Part shown: positions 15,523-26,200 of the stretch, in pieces | Numbering within the stretch: position 1 is the stretch's first letter | Layout of the letters: the number at the start of each line of letters is the position of its first letter | IMG/VR virus record: IMGVR_UViG_3300029110_000001 | Length of the DNA stretch: 38,551 nucleotides | Source: a virus | Reading direction: 5' to 3' (one strand) | Position numbers and translations under genes: made by a program | The notes under the pieces: model-generated | Databases searched by the model: none | What the model was told of the DNA's origin: nothing | Seen by the model: the letters and a program-made list of their open reading frames with translations, nothing else

Positions 15523-16455
15523 ATGGCTCAACAAAAATTCAATCCAGACACAGTCCTATTGTCTGATTCTCTTGGAAAAGAGGTCACATCAGAACAAATC
15601 ACTGATCTATTCACTGACGAACTCGTTAAAACTTCAAAACTTATTCAACTTGGCCAAAAAGTTGAAATGGACGGCAAAATGGTCCGCAAAGGTGTTGAAG
15701 TTGGTCAATTGACAGACGCTTACTTCGTGGGTGAAGGTCAAAAAATCGGTACAGCAAAAGTACAAACTAAATCTTACGTTCTTGAATCTCGCAAATTGGC
15801 GGTTATCTTGCCAGTGACAGAAGAAGTCCTCAACTACACTTGGACTGACTTCTTCGAATCTATCAAGGACAAGATCGTTGACTTGTTTAACAAGAAAATC
15901 GACGGGGCTGCGTTCCTTGGTTTGTATAACAACCCATTCGGTGCTAACGTTTTGGCGTCTGCTAAACGTGCTCAAAACATCGTGTCTGGCGACATCAACC
16001 TCAATAACATCTATGATGTTGAAGATAAATCAGAAAAAGAACCTAACGCATTCGTAGGTCACCGCACAATCAACCGCACACTTCGTGGGATTGTGGACAA
16101 CGTGAACGGCGGTCAACACATCTTCACTAAGCCAGCCAACCCTAATGCAATCGGTGAGCTTGATGGCCTTCCATATTCTCAACTTCAATTGCAAGATGGA
16201 CAAACTTACCCAGCAGGCACTTTGATCACTGGTAACTTCAACGGTTTGGTTTACGGTATTCCAAATGGGACTAACTTGCGTCTTAAAATCGCAGACCAAG
16301 CTACTTTGTCTAAAGTTCAAAATGATGGCACACTTGATTCTGGGGACGTTCACTTGTTTGAACAAGACATGCAAGCACTTCGTGCAATCTTTGAAATTGC
16401 CGTAGCGATTCCAAACGACGAAGCATTTGCAGCGATCCAACCAGTAGGGGTCTAG
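15523..16455 (+). CDS. Major capsid protein
   Basis: 310 aa with a strong RBS (AAGGAGAG), positioned after the scaffold gene. Codon usage looks highly expressed. Confidence 0.75.
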   Translation: MAQQKFNPDTVLLSDSLGKEVTSEQITDLFTDELVKTSKLIQLGQKVEMDGKMVRKGVEVGQLTDAYFVGEGQKIGTAKVQTKSYVLESRKLAVILPVTEEVLNYTWTDFFESIKDKIVDLFNKKIDGAAFLGLYNNPFGANVLASAKRAQNIVSGDINLNNIYDVEDKSEKEPNAFVGHRTINRTLRGIVDNVNGGQHIFTKPANPNAIGELDGLPYSQLQLQDGQTYPAGTLITGNFNGLVYGIPNGTNLRLKIADQATLSKVQNDGTLDSGDVHLFEQDMQALRAIFEIAVAIPNDEAFAAIQPVGV

Positions 16456-16468
16456 TCAGGAGGTTTAA

Positions 16469-16741
16469 ATGACCTATAAAGCTAAGATTACATTCCGTGA
16501 CTTGCAAGATAACGAGTATATCTATCAAGCCGGGGAAGTTTATCCACGAGAAGGCTATGAGCCATCTAAAGAGCGCGTGGCAGAGGTTCTTGAAAAAGGC
16601 GGTATCGAACCAGTCGAGCCGTCAAAAGAGCTTACAGTCAAAGAGCTCAAAGCAAAACTTGATGAAGCTGGTGTCGAGTACGATGCCAAAGCAAAGAAAG
16701 CAGATTTAGAAGAACTTCTAAAGGCTGCGGAGGAGGTCTAA
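16469..16741 (+). CDS. Small head-module protein with a C-terminal HeH/SAP-like (Rho-N-like) motif
   Basis: LTVKELKAKLDEAGVEYDAKAKKADLEELL resembles HeH/Rho_N helix-extension-helix motifs. Confidence 0.55.
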   Translation: MTYKAKITFRDLQDNEYIYQAGEVYPREGYEPSKERVAEVLEKGGIEPVEPSKELTVKELKAKLDEAGVEYDAKAKKADLEELLKAAEEV

Positions 16742-16742
16742 A

Positions 16743-17090
16743 ATGAACGATATCCAGCTCGAAAAGATTAAGCGTCGGTTGGGTATCGACGTTGAAGACG
16801 ATCTTGAGGATGAATTGATTGAAGACTTAGTCAACGACGCTGAGAGTTATTTCAAAGCATTAGTCGGAACAACCGAGATTGACAAGAAATATCATTTCAT
16901 CATCGAAAATGTGGTTTACAAACTCTATGGTCGTAAGGGGTCAGAGGGTGTCAAAACCGAAAACGTAGACGGCTATTCAGTCACCTACGAGGATTGGGAC
17001 GACATGTTCAAGCCTTACAGAAAGATTCTGGATAAAGATTTTGGCCTAGATGGCTCGTTAGCTCGAAAAGGTAAGGTGAAGTTTCTATGA
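16743..17090 (+). CDS. Head-tail connector (gp6/gp15-like)
   Basis: Assigned from position and an acidic N-terminal helix (DDLEDELIEDLVNDAESYF). Confidence 0.55.
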   Translation: MNDIQLEKIKRRLGIDVEDDLEDELIEDLVNDAESYFKALVGTTEIDKKYHFIIENVVYKLYGRKGSEGVKTENVDGYSVTYEDWDDMFKPYRKILDKDFGLDGSLARKGKVKFL

Positions 17091-17395
17091 AAACACCACA
17101 CCGCATTAAGCTAGTGAAGCAAGGTGTTTCGACTTACAACCCAATCACTGATAAGCACGAAGAAAAGGCACAGTCTAGCAAGATTGTGCCTTGTTTAGTC
17201 AATTTTATTGACCAACAGCGTGTATTTGAAGCCTACGGGAGTAGGTCGGACGTGGTCATGATATGCCGATTCGATCAAGAGCAGAAGCCGTTTGACTACG
17301 CTCTATACGAGGGTAAGAAGTATTATCCTATCGAACGCATTGACGCACCGATAAAAGGCGCAATCCGATTGAAACGAGGTGAGCTAAATGGCTAA
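17087..17395 (+). CDS. Head closure / head-tail joining protein
   Basis: Assigned from position and size (102 aa) in the conserved siphovirus gene order. Confidence 0.5.
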   Translation: MKTPHRIKLVKQGVSTYNPITDKHEEKAQSSKIVPCLVNFIDQQRVFEAYGSRSDVVMICRFDQEQKPFDYALYEGKKYYPIERIDAPIKGAIRLKRGELNG

Positions 17396-17741
17396 TTTCA
17401 CAATCGAGTGGAGAGGGGACACAGTCCTCGCTGCCGCTTTAAACAAAGCAAGTCAAGGAGTTAGAACACAAGCTCAAAACGCTCTTAAAAACTCAGCTGA
17501 GAAAGGCAAGAGCATTTCAAAAGGTCTTGCGCCAGTGGATACCGGTTTCTTGAGAGCTAATATCACCACTAGGCACATGGGTGAAGAATCACACATTCAT
17601 TCAGCCGCCTCTTATAGCGGTTTTCAAGAGTTTGGGACACGCTATCAGCCCGGTAAGCCGTTTATGCGTCCAATGATGCAACAAATCGAGCCTTACTTCA
17701 CGGAGCAAATCCGGAAAGTTATGGAAGGAGCCTTTAAATGA
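17388..17741 (+). CDS. HK97 gp10-like tail-proximal protein
   Basis: The GFLRANI ... EFGT...PGKPFMRP pattern is typical of the HK97 gp10 family. Confidence 0.6.
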   Translation: MANFTIEWRGDTVLAAALNKASQGVRTQAQNALKNSAEKGKSISKGLAPVDTGFLRANITTRHMGEESHIHSAASYSGFQEFGTRYQPGKPFMRPMMQQIEPYFTEQIRKVMEGAFK

Positions 17742-18118
17742 CACCTAGCCACGACTTATTCAGAAATCTATTCGCTATTGCTAGTGAGACGCTAGCAACT
17801 TACGACTACTTACCCGATTCATCCGCAAGCTATCCTTTCGCTTTCATTGGTGAGAATAGCTCAGCACCTACACTCAATAACGACAATTTTGGAACGATAA
17901 GACAAACCGTCCATATCTACGGGACTAGAGTGCAGCGTGCAGAGTTAGACACCTACTGCCAAGCGTTAGAACAGGCTAGCGAACGAATTAAAGGGTTTGA
18001 ATACAACTTATTGAAAACTGGTACAGACAAGCAAGCTTTACCAGATAATACAGACGTCCAGCCATTGATTCACATTGTGCTGGATTTTTCATTTTCATAT
18101 ACCAAAAAGGAGGAATAA
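17738..18118 (+). CDS. Tail terminator/completion protein (by position)
   Basis: A 126-aa ORF immediately upstream of the major tail gene. Confidence 0.45.
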   Translation: MTPSHDLFRNLFAIASETLATYDYLPDSSASYPFAFIGENSSAPTLNNDNFGTIRQTVHIYGTRVQRAELDTYCQALEQASERIKGFEYNLLKTGTDKQALPDNTDVQPLIHIVLDFSFSYTKKEE

Positions 18119-18661
18119 ATGGCAGAACTTATTTTGGGTAAAGACCTAATGGTCTTTTTCCGTCGTGTTAAAGACCAAAAGACGCAAGACGCTGCTAAAG
18201 TACGTTTCCAAACAGAACACACTATCAATGCTGAGAAAGAGGTTGAAACAACCAAAACCAAAGACGGTGTAGTTAACTCTATTTCAGACGGTGAAGTGTC
18301 TGGGGAATTCGTATCACTTGCTTATCGTGAGGATGGCACAACTACTGAAATGTGGCGTGAAATGCGTAAATGGTTCATTGCAGGCGAAAAAGTAGAGTGC
18401 TGGCAAGTTGACCTTGCTTCAAAACGCACTTCTGGTGGCAAGGATGTCTATGACGTTGAATATTACCAAGGCTATCTTAAGAACTTTGAAATTTCAGCAC
18501 CGGCTGACGACAAAGTGGAGCTTTCTTATGAAATGGCTATCGACGGCAACGGTATTATTTCAACTGACAGCTTGACAGAAGCTCAGAAGAAAGCAGTCGC
18601 AAGCGCTCAATACGACTACCACACTCTTGCTAAAGAAGACAGCCTAGTTTCATCTATCTAG
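18119..18661 (+). CDS. Major tail protein
   Basis: 180 aa, followed by a strong intrinsic terminator and then the chaperone pair. Confidence 0.65.
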   Translation: MAELILGKDLMVFFRRVKDQKTQDAAKVRFQTEHTINAEKEVETTKTKDGVVNSISDGEVSGEFVSLAYREDGTTTEMWREMRKWFIAGEKVECWQVDLASKRTSGGKDVYDVEYYQGYLKNFEISAPADDKVELSYEMAIDGNGIISTDSLTEAQKKAVASAQYDYHTLAKEDSLVSSI

Positions 18662-18668
18662 TCTAACT

Positions 18669-18696
18669 GCAGGGGCTTTGTGCCCTTGCTTTTTTT
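18669..18696 (+). terminator. Intrinsic terminator after the major tail gene
   Basis: gcaggggc (18669-18676) pairs with gcccttgc (18682-18689): 8 bp including 1 G-U, then T7 (18690-18696). Confidence 0.75.
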
Positions 18697-18716
18697 GTAT
18701 AAAGGAGAAATAAAAC

Positions 18717-19058
18717 ATGATTCTATCTATCAACGGACGAGACTTTAATTTGATTTTCGGACTTGCGTTCTTGCGTGAGATCAACAAATTGCACTCAGCA
18801 GAGCTTGAAGGCATGAAGACTGGCTACGGGGCTATGACATTGATTTCAGCCGGTGTTGCTATCAACGACCCTCTTGCATTTGTAGATATCATCAAAGCTG
18901 GTACGATTACAGCGCCACAAAAGCCAAGTGATGCTGACATTGAAGCCTATCTTGCTGATTTGATTGACAAAGGTAAATACAAGGAGACAATCGACTCTAT
19001 TATCGACGAGTTAAAAGCGTCATCCCTACTCAAACTCGCAATGAACGTTCAAGAGTAG
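18717..19058 (+). CDS. Tail assembly chaperone (gpG-like)
   Basis: Positioned between the major tail and tape measure genes, 113 aa. Confidence 0.55.
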   Translation: MILSINGRDFNLIFGLAFLREINKLHSAELEGMKTGYGAMTLISAGVAINDPLAFVDIIKAGTITAPQKPSDADIEAYLADLIDKGKYKETIDSIIDELKASSLLKLAMNVQE

Positions 19059-19099
19059 GGCAAAGTCAACCAGATTATGATTTCAGCTATGATGACGCA

Positions 19100-19432
19100 A
19101 TGGCTCTATTGATTGCAAGGCACGGCATGAGCTACGTTGAAGCTGCCAGGACAACTCTTGTTGAATTTGAGGTATACAATACCGCCTACGCAATTAAACA
19201 AGAGGATATCCGCTTCAATGCAGCAATCCAAGCATGGTATAACCAGACCGTGCAAGCTACCAAAGGCAAGGGCAAGAGTGTTCGCTCAGCTTACAGAACC
19301 TTTAATGAGTTTTATGACCATGAAAAAGAGTTCAGTAAGATATTTAAACCAGAGGACACTGCGCCTAAGAATCGAATGCTTTCGTTAGCTGATAAGAATA
19401 GAATCATCAATCAACAAAAAGAAAGGGGGTAG
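19100..19432 (+). CDS. Tail assembly chaperone, second part (gpT-like). It may be expressed as a -1 frameshift fusion with 18717-19058.
   Basis: Its reading frame is the -1 frame relative to 18717-19058 and is open back to 18977, overlapping the end of the gpG-like ORF. I found no canonical slippery heptamer. Confidence 0.5.
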   Translation: MALLIARHGMSYVEAARTTLVEFEVYNTAYAIKQEDIRFNAAIQAWYNQTVQATKGKGKSVRSAYRTFNEFYDHEKEFSKIFKPEDTAPKNRMLSLADKNRIINQQKERG

Positions 19433-19435
19433 TTA

Positions 19436-22400
19436 ATGGGAGCATCTTTTGACGTTACGGCCATACTCCGGGCAAATTCAAGTGATTTCACTAACGGCGT
19501 CAACGCTGCCCGGTCTGCCCTTGCTGATTTGAGAAATCAGTCTGGGGGCATGCTTGCTCAAGTTGGTAGCAGCTTGAAGTCAGTTGGTAGCGCCATGCAG
19601 TCAGTCGGAGCTGGGATGACTACAGCTTTCACACTGCCCATGGTCGGAGGTCTGACGGCCGTAATCAAAGGTTATGCAGACCTTGAGCAATCGTTAGGCG
19701 GTGTTTCTACACTGTTCAAACAGAATGGCTCAAGTGTCAATACACTTGCCAGAGATTACGGCATGACCAGGGAGCAAGCCCAAGCGCTTTATAACACAAT
19801 GGACCGTGAGGGGACCAATGTTATCGAGAACGCCAACCGAGCTTATAGGACGGCTGGTGTGTCTGCTAACAGATACATGGAGCAGGTCACATCGTTCTCA
19901 GCTACTTTGCTACAAGGTCTAGGCGGGGACACTGCCAAGGCTGCGAAATACGGGGATAAAGCCCTTGTCCAAATGTCAGATAATGCGAACAAGTTCGGCA
20001 CTAACATGACGGACATTCAAAACGCTTATCAAGGTTTTGCCAAAGACAACTATTCCATGCTGGATAACTTGAAACTTGGTTACGGTGGTACCATGTCCGA
20101 AATGGCTCGTTTGGTCAATGAATCTGGTGTCTTGAATGGTGAATTTGAGGCCACAGCTGATAATATCCGTGACATTCCATTCCATACCTTGATTGATGCC
20201 ATCGGTATTACTCAAGATAGACTTGGAGTAACCGGAACGACCGCAAAAGAAGCAAGTACAACCGTTTCGGGGTCGTTCAATTCCATGAAGGCAGCCGCTG
20301 AAAACTTAGTGGCCGGTCTTGGTAATAACGAAGCTAATATCAAGCAGCTAATGGAAAACATGAAGCAGACTATCATCACATTCAAAGACAATGTGGTGCG
20401 TGTTCTAGGGACTATCTGGGACAATCTGCCTGTTGACGGCTGGGTTAAATGGGCGGCACTTATCGTTGGAGCAGCAGGGCCCATTATAGCAATACTTGGA
20501 ACCTTAATCATTTGGGTCGGAAACGTCGTTTCTGCACTAAGCACAATCGGTGGCGCCATCAGCTCGCTTGCAGGGTTCTTCTCAAGCGGTACAGCAGCAG
20601 TAGAAGATTTTTCAATGGCTTTTGAAGGCGGCGAAGCTATGATGGTTTCATTTGGTAGTGCTGCCAGTGGTGTTTCTGCTGCTGCCCTTGCTGCGTTCGC
20701 TGGGATTGCGTTAGCGGTTGGGATGGTAGTAGCGGCGCTTGTTGATTTGTGGAATAATAACGAGAATTTCCGTTCACAAGTCATTGCAATCTGGGAAACC
20801 ATTAAGAGTGCAATCACTAACGCCGTTCAAGCAATTGTGTCGTTTGTCATGTCAATCTGGGGCCAGTTGACTTCCTTCTGGAACGAAAACCACGCCTTGA
20901 TTATGCAGACAGCGACAACTTACTGGAATATGTTCAAGGGCATAATTGAAAGTGTCATGAACGCTATTCTCCCAGTGGTTCAAACTGGCTTGAATTTGCT
21001 TATTACATTGTTTTCTACATCTTGGCAACTTATTACCACTGTCATTTCCACGGCTCTTGAAATCGTGTTAAACATCATTAAGATGGCTATGCAAATCTTA
21101 CAAGGTGACTGGTCTGGAGCGTGGGAGACATTCAAAACCATCTTGTCTACAGTGTGGGAAGGCATCAAGTCTCTTGTTTCAATCGGTATCAATGCCATTG
21201 GTCCGATTATCCAAGCGGGGATTCAGTTTATTCTCGCTATCTGGAACGCAGCATGGGCATTGTTAGCTATTCCATTCCAAACGCTTTGGGCATTGCTGCA
21301 ACAAATCGCTGGCGGAGCTATGACTGCCATTAGCGGTGTGATTAGTGCCGGTATTGCCGTGATTCAGTCCATTTGGTCTGCAGCATGGACGGCTATCCAG
21401 ACAGTGTTCTCAACGATTTGGAATACAATCATGTCTATTCTGTCACCTATAATGGCCGGTATCTCAAGCATTATCTCAAGTACCTTGTCAGCTATTCAAG
21501 CAATTTGGAACGCTATCTGGACCGGTATTCAAGCTGTTTTGGCTGGTGTATTGGCTGCTATTGTCGGGTTGGTTACTGGTAACTTCTCGCAAGTCCAAGC
21601 GGCTATTTCGTCAATCATGTCAGCTATTCAAGCCACTATCAGTGCGATTTGGAACGCCATCCTGTCGCTTATCAGCAGTGTACTGAGTGCGATTGCTAGC
21701 ACTGTATCGAGTACATGGTCGTCTATCCAGTCAATCGTTTCAAGTGCTATGAGTTCCGTTCAGAGCATTATCAGCTCAGCTTGGAGTGCTGTTAGATCAG
21801 CGGTAAGCAGCGCCATGAGCTCAATTCAGTCAGCTATCACTAGCGGATTTAGTGCCGTGGTATCAGCGGTAACAAGTGCCGGTCAGCGTATCATTTCAGC
21901 GGTCCGCTCAGCGTTCAGCGGTGCACTTAGTGCAGCCCGTGGATTCGTTGGACAAGCTGCAAGCGTCGGTTCTCAATTGATTAGCGGTTTCGTTAGCGGG
22001 GTTACATCCGCAGCCGGCAAGCTGATTTCGGCAGTTAAAGGCGCGGTAAGTAATGCGATTAATGGAGCTAAAGCCTTGCTTGGTATCAAATCACCATCCC
22101 GTGTGTTCCGTCAATTCGGTATCTACACGGATAAAGGTTTCATCATCGGTATTGATAGCAAAGCGGACCAAGTAGCCCGTTCAATGCGCTATATGGCTCA
22201 AGGTGCTATCGACGCATTCACCGGTCAAGATATCAACGGAGCCATCACTGATGAGCTCGGAAACATGGACGGTCAGCTAGGTCGTTTGGCAGGGTATGAT
22301 CCATCCGTTTCATTCAATGGCGGCAAGATGTCAGTCACCCAACAAGCAGCGGATATCGTTCTAAAAATGGGTGATACAACTTACAGAGCATTTACTGAGG

Positions 22401-22447
22401 ACATCACTAACGCTCAATCAATGGAATTAATGCTTGATAACTATTAA
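19436..22447 (+). CDS. Tape measure protein (1003 aa)
   Basis: Assigned from length and position. It has long Ala/Ser/Ile-rich helical repeats with regularly spaced Trp (AIWNAIW, SIWSAAW, STWSSIQ). Confidence 0.9.
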   Translation: MGASFDVTAILRANSSDFTNGVNAARSALADLRNQSGGMLAQVGSSLKSVGSAMQSVGAGMTTAFTLPMVGGLTAVIKGYADLEQSLGGVSTLFKQNGSSVNTLARDYGMTREQAQALYNTMDREGTNVIENANRAYRTAGVSANRYMEQVTSFSATLLQGLGGDTAKAAKYGDKALVQMSDNANKFGTNMTDIQNAYQGFAKDNYSMLDNLKLGYGGTMSEMARLVNESGVLNGEFEATADNIRDIPFHTLIDAIGITQDRLGVTGTTAKEASTTVSGSFNSMKAAAENLVAGLGNNEANIKQLMENMKQTIITFKDNVVRVLGTIWDNLPVDGWVKWAALIVGAAGPIIAILGTLIIWVGNVVSALSTIGGAISSLAGFFSSGTAAVEDFSMAFEGGEAMMVSFGSAASGVSAAALAAFAGIALAVGMVVAALVDLWNNNENFRSQVIAIWETIKSAITNAVQAIVSFVMSIWGQLTSFWNENHALIMQTATTYWNMFKGIIESVMNAILPVVQTGLNLLITLFSTSWQLITTVISTALEIVLNIIKMAMQILQGDWSGAWETFKTILSTVWEGIKSLVSIGINAIGPIIQAGIQFILAIWNAAWALLAIPFQTLWALLQQIAGGAMTAISGVISAGIAVIQSIWSAAWTAIQTVFSTIWNTIMSILSPIMAGISSIISSTLSAIQAIWNAIWTGIQAVLAGVLAAIVGLVTGNFSQVQAAISSIMSAIQATISAIWNAILSLISSVLSAIASTVSSTWSSIQSIVSSAMSSVQSIISSAWSAVRSAVSSAMSSIQSAITSGFSAVVSAVTSAGQRIISAVRSAFSGALSAARGFVGQAASVGSQLISGFVSGVTSAAGKLISAVKGAVSNAINGAKALLGIKSPSRVFRQFGIYTDKGFIIGIDSKADQVARSMRYMAQGAIDAFTGQDINGAITDELGNMDGQLGRLAGYDPSVSFNGGKMSVTQQAADIVLKMGDTTYRAFTEDITNAQSMELMLDNY

Positions 22448-22469
22448 GAGAGAAAAGAGGTTTTAGCTA

Positions 22470-23261
22470 ATGTATGATTATGCTTCATTGAAGCGCACGG
22501 AATCAACGGTGCTGCAAAGAGCGCCGGTTGATAACATGCGTATCAACGGGACGCCTATAGAAGATATCATCCAAGGGTATCGACAGCTCACAGTTAAGGG
22601 ACGTTCATTGCTCAATCGTGAAATTTCAACTACTCGTGTTCCTGGGCGACGTGGTGTCTGGGTGGACAGTGTTAATGACTCAGAGCGTGAGATTGAAGTT
22701 AAGTATCAGTTAACTACGGTTACTAGCCAAGTCATGAGGACCTCTTTCCGAGAGCTTAACCGCATTTTGAGAGAGGTAGGGCCTAGCGGCTATCTTGAAG
22801 TCACATTTGACGATGAGCCGGATTTCACTTACTACGCAATATTCAAGGAAGCGGACGAAGTCGAGGAAGATAGGCTTTCAGTCATTAGCAGTTTCGTTTT
22901 GCTAGTGCCAGACGGCTATAAAAAACGGGTTCCAGAGCGTTCTAACGACGTTGTTTATCTAACTTACGCTAAGCAGGTAATACCTGAGAAGATTGTAGCC
23001 GTGACATCTACAGCGGCAACGGAATTTGAAATTATCAACGGTCAAACCAAGCTATCGTTTAAGGGTAGCTACGCAGCTAATAAGGAAATCGTCATTAAAT
23101 TCGGTACAGAAGAAGTGACAGCTACTTACGACGGACGTAATATCCTAAGTGAATTACAACGATTTAGCCCGCTTGAGCAGTTTTATGTGAAGGACGGCGA
23201 CAGATTGACAGGCAAGAATGTAACTATCCGTGAGGTACAGTGGAGGGATGAAAGTCTATGA
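22470..23261 (+). CDS. Distal tail protein (Dit)
   Basis: A 263-aa ORF directly after the tape measure gene, in the conserved gene order. Confidence 0.6.
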   Translation: MYDYASLKRTESTVLQRAPVDNMRINGTPIEDIIQGYRQLTVKGRSLLNREISTTRVPGRRGVWVDSVNDSEREIEVKYQLTTVTSQVMRTSFRELNRILREVGPSGYLEVTFDDEPDFTYYAIFKEADEVEEDRLSVISSFVLLVPDGYKKRVPERSNDVVYLTYAKQVIPEKIVAVTSTAATEFEIINGQTKLSFKGSYAANKEIVIKFGTEEVTATYDGRNILSELQRFSPLEQFYVKDGDRLTGKNVTIREVQWRDESL

Positions 23262-26200
23262 TCTATTTATTCGATAAGGACGAAAAACTTATCAAGATTA
23301 TTCGCAAACCTGCAATTAAGAAGGCTTTGCAGAAATTCAGTCTTACCACTGAAAACTACATTTCAGACCGCTTGACTGTCGAAATGAAAGCTTTGAAGGA
23401 TGATGAACTGGCAAAACTGGAATACATGGCTATTCAGTCAATCGACGATACGCATAAATTCCATTACTTCTACATTGCCCAAGGCAATACCAAAGGGGAT
23501 ATCACAACGCTTATTGGTGTTCAGTCTGGCATTGAGGAATTACGCAAGACAGTCGTTTACGACAAACGCCCAACAGACCAACGTGCTAGACCAGTCATCG
23601 AATGGCTTTTAACTGGCACAAACTGGTCCCCTCGCTTCGTTGCTGAAACAAACCCAAAGAGCACTAATTTCTATTACATTTCCACATTTGATGCACTGAA
23701 AAAAGTGTGCAAGGTGTGGGGCCTAGAGATGCAGTTCTTTGTTGAAATGAACGGCAGTCAGATTGGCGCTAGATACATTGATTTCAAGCACAAAATAGGT
23801 GAAGCAGTCGGTAAGCGTGTTGTCTACGGTCATAACGCCCTTGAAATTCTGCAAGAAGTTGAAAAGACAAACCTATACACCGCCTTGGTTGGTCGTGGTA
23901 AAGGGGAACAAGTCAGCTCGGCGGAAGACACCGGCAAAGATGCTGACGGTTACGGACGCAAAATCAACTTCGAGGAAGTTGTCTGGTCAAAAGCCAAAGG
24001 GGACCCACTAGACAAGCCCCTTGGTCAGAAATACCTTGAAATTCCAGAAATGACCGCTAAATACGGCATTAAACAACCAGACGGCAAGATGCGCCCAAAG
24101 ATTGGCTTTGTCGAATTTAGCGAGGAAGAAGACAAGAACGAACTTATCAAGCAGACTTACGATGCTTTGATTGAGTCTTCAAGACCTAAACTGACACTTA
24201 AAACGTCAACGGTTTATCTCAAGGGCGTCCAAATTGGTGACACTATCCGAGTGGTCCGACATGACAGACACCTTGATTATGATACACGTATCTTTGAAAT
24301 CACATTCAACCGCTTAAACAACGAATCTAGCGACATCAAGCTAGGGGACCGAGTTAGCGAGAGCAATGACGCAAAGGTACAGAGTACCGTCAACAAGGCT
24401 CTTGACGAGTTTAAAGCTGGTGAGTTTACTGAGTTTGTCAAAAAGCTGCCAGAGTTTATCCCGTCAGCTAATGGTTTTAACCATAACTGGTACACAAGCA
24501 CTGATCCAACAGAATCTCACCCTGGACAAGTCCTAATCAATGATTCTTGGTACAAACCAGACCCAGAACATGAGGGACACACTATCATGTATCGCTGGAC
24601 TGGGGAAATGTGGCAAGAGGTACTGAGAACATGGGACGGCACGGGGCTTCAAGACAAAATCAAGAAAGAATTCGAGAAAGTCGCAGCCGACATGGCTAAA
24701 CAGCAATCAGAACACGACAGAGTGGTTGCTGAAATCACAGCCAAGGCTACTAATGCGGAAACATTAGCTAGTTCAGCTAAATCAACCGCAGAGGACGCTT
24801 TTAACCGCTTAAACGACGTTAAGAGTGAAGTTATCGCAGAAGCTCGTTACTTGGACACCGTCGAGCGTGCAGAGACAGAGAAGAAGATTGCTGCATCTAA
24901 AAAAGACGCACTATCAGAAGCTGTCAAACTGGTTGATAATGCTAAAAGTACGCTAAACACGGACTTATCAGAGACTGAAAAGAGAGTTGAAGCTCTAAAG
25001 GGTTCTATTGGTACATTGTCAAACGATACGTCAGTACAGTTTGCCAAAATCAATAACGCTCTTATTTCAGTAGCTAGCAAGCAAGACGTTGACAAAGTCA
25101 GTCAGCGCGTGTCTAATGCTGAGACGGTTTTGACACAGCAAGCAGGGCAGATTTCAGCCAAAGCTAGCAAAGAGGAAGTCAATGCTGTTTCTGGGCGTCT
25201 AAACAAGGCTGAGAGCTCGTTGACAGTGCAGGCTGGGCAAATCAGCCAGAAAGCCAATAAGCAGGACGTAGACACGCTGACAGGGCGTGTGAATCGTGCT
25301 GAAACGTCTATCACTCAGCAAGCGGACATGATTGCATCCAAAGCCAATAAGCAAGAACTTGACAATGTCAATAATCGAGTGCTAAACGCAGAAAGTCGTA
25401 TCACTCAGCAAGCTAACGAGATTAGCCAACGAGTGAAGACAAGCGATTTTAATAATGCTACTCAGAGACTTGCGACGACTGAGAGCTCAATCACTCAACT
25501 AGGAAATAAGATCACTACTGAGATTAGCCGTGTGGATAGTAAGATCCCGACAGACTTTGGCAGTCGTAACTTGATTTTGAAATCAGCAGATTTCGAGAAT
25601 CTACACCGTCAACCCGGAGGAAGCGGAAATACTACTACTACTACTACGGACGGGCAAGCTTTCCTAATCAAGTCTCATAGCTATTCGAGCGACGTTTACG
25701 GTGGTATCTCATGGAACATGGCTATTCCAGAGATTAAAGCCGGTGAAACATTCTCGCTCTTGGTTCCGGTTTACATCGACAGCGGGGTAGACATTGACCG
25801 TGGCGCTATGATTATCATTAAAAATCATAAAAACAATGACAATCTAGTTGCTTACAATATCCCGACAGACCTCAAAAATGAGTGGTTTGACGTTAAGCTG
25901 ATTTTCACTGCCGGCAAGGACATCACCCTCGGTGAATGGCCGTTCTATATTACAGTTATTAGAAACGGCTATCTAAGAATCAAACCGCCTATGTTGGTCA
26001 GAGGGACGCTCATTCCCTTGCAGCATACAGTGGCCCCAGAGGACACAGAAGCTGAAATCAGCACGGTTAAAACGACGATAACGCAGACCGAGCAGGGTGT
26101 CAGTCAGCTATCTCAGAAACAATCTGAAACAGATAGCCGCATGACTAACGCTGAAACTACGGTCAATCACTTGGTCGATGAAGTATCATCAAAAGTGTCT

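Noticed and set aside
20212-20817. 201-aa minus-strand ORF, and other antisense or alternative-frame ORFs, within the tape measure gene (19976-20215, 20980-21198, 21121-21333 and 21373-21582)
   Set aside because: The Ala/Ser/Gly-rich repetitive coding sequence keeps the other frames open. None has start signals, and all lie inside a clearly coding 1003-aa gene.
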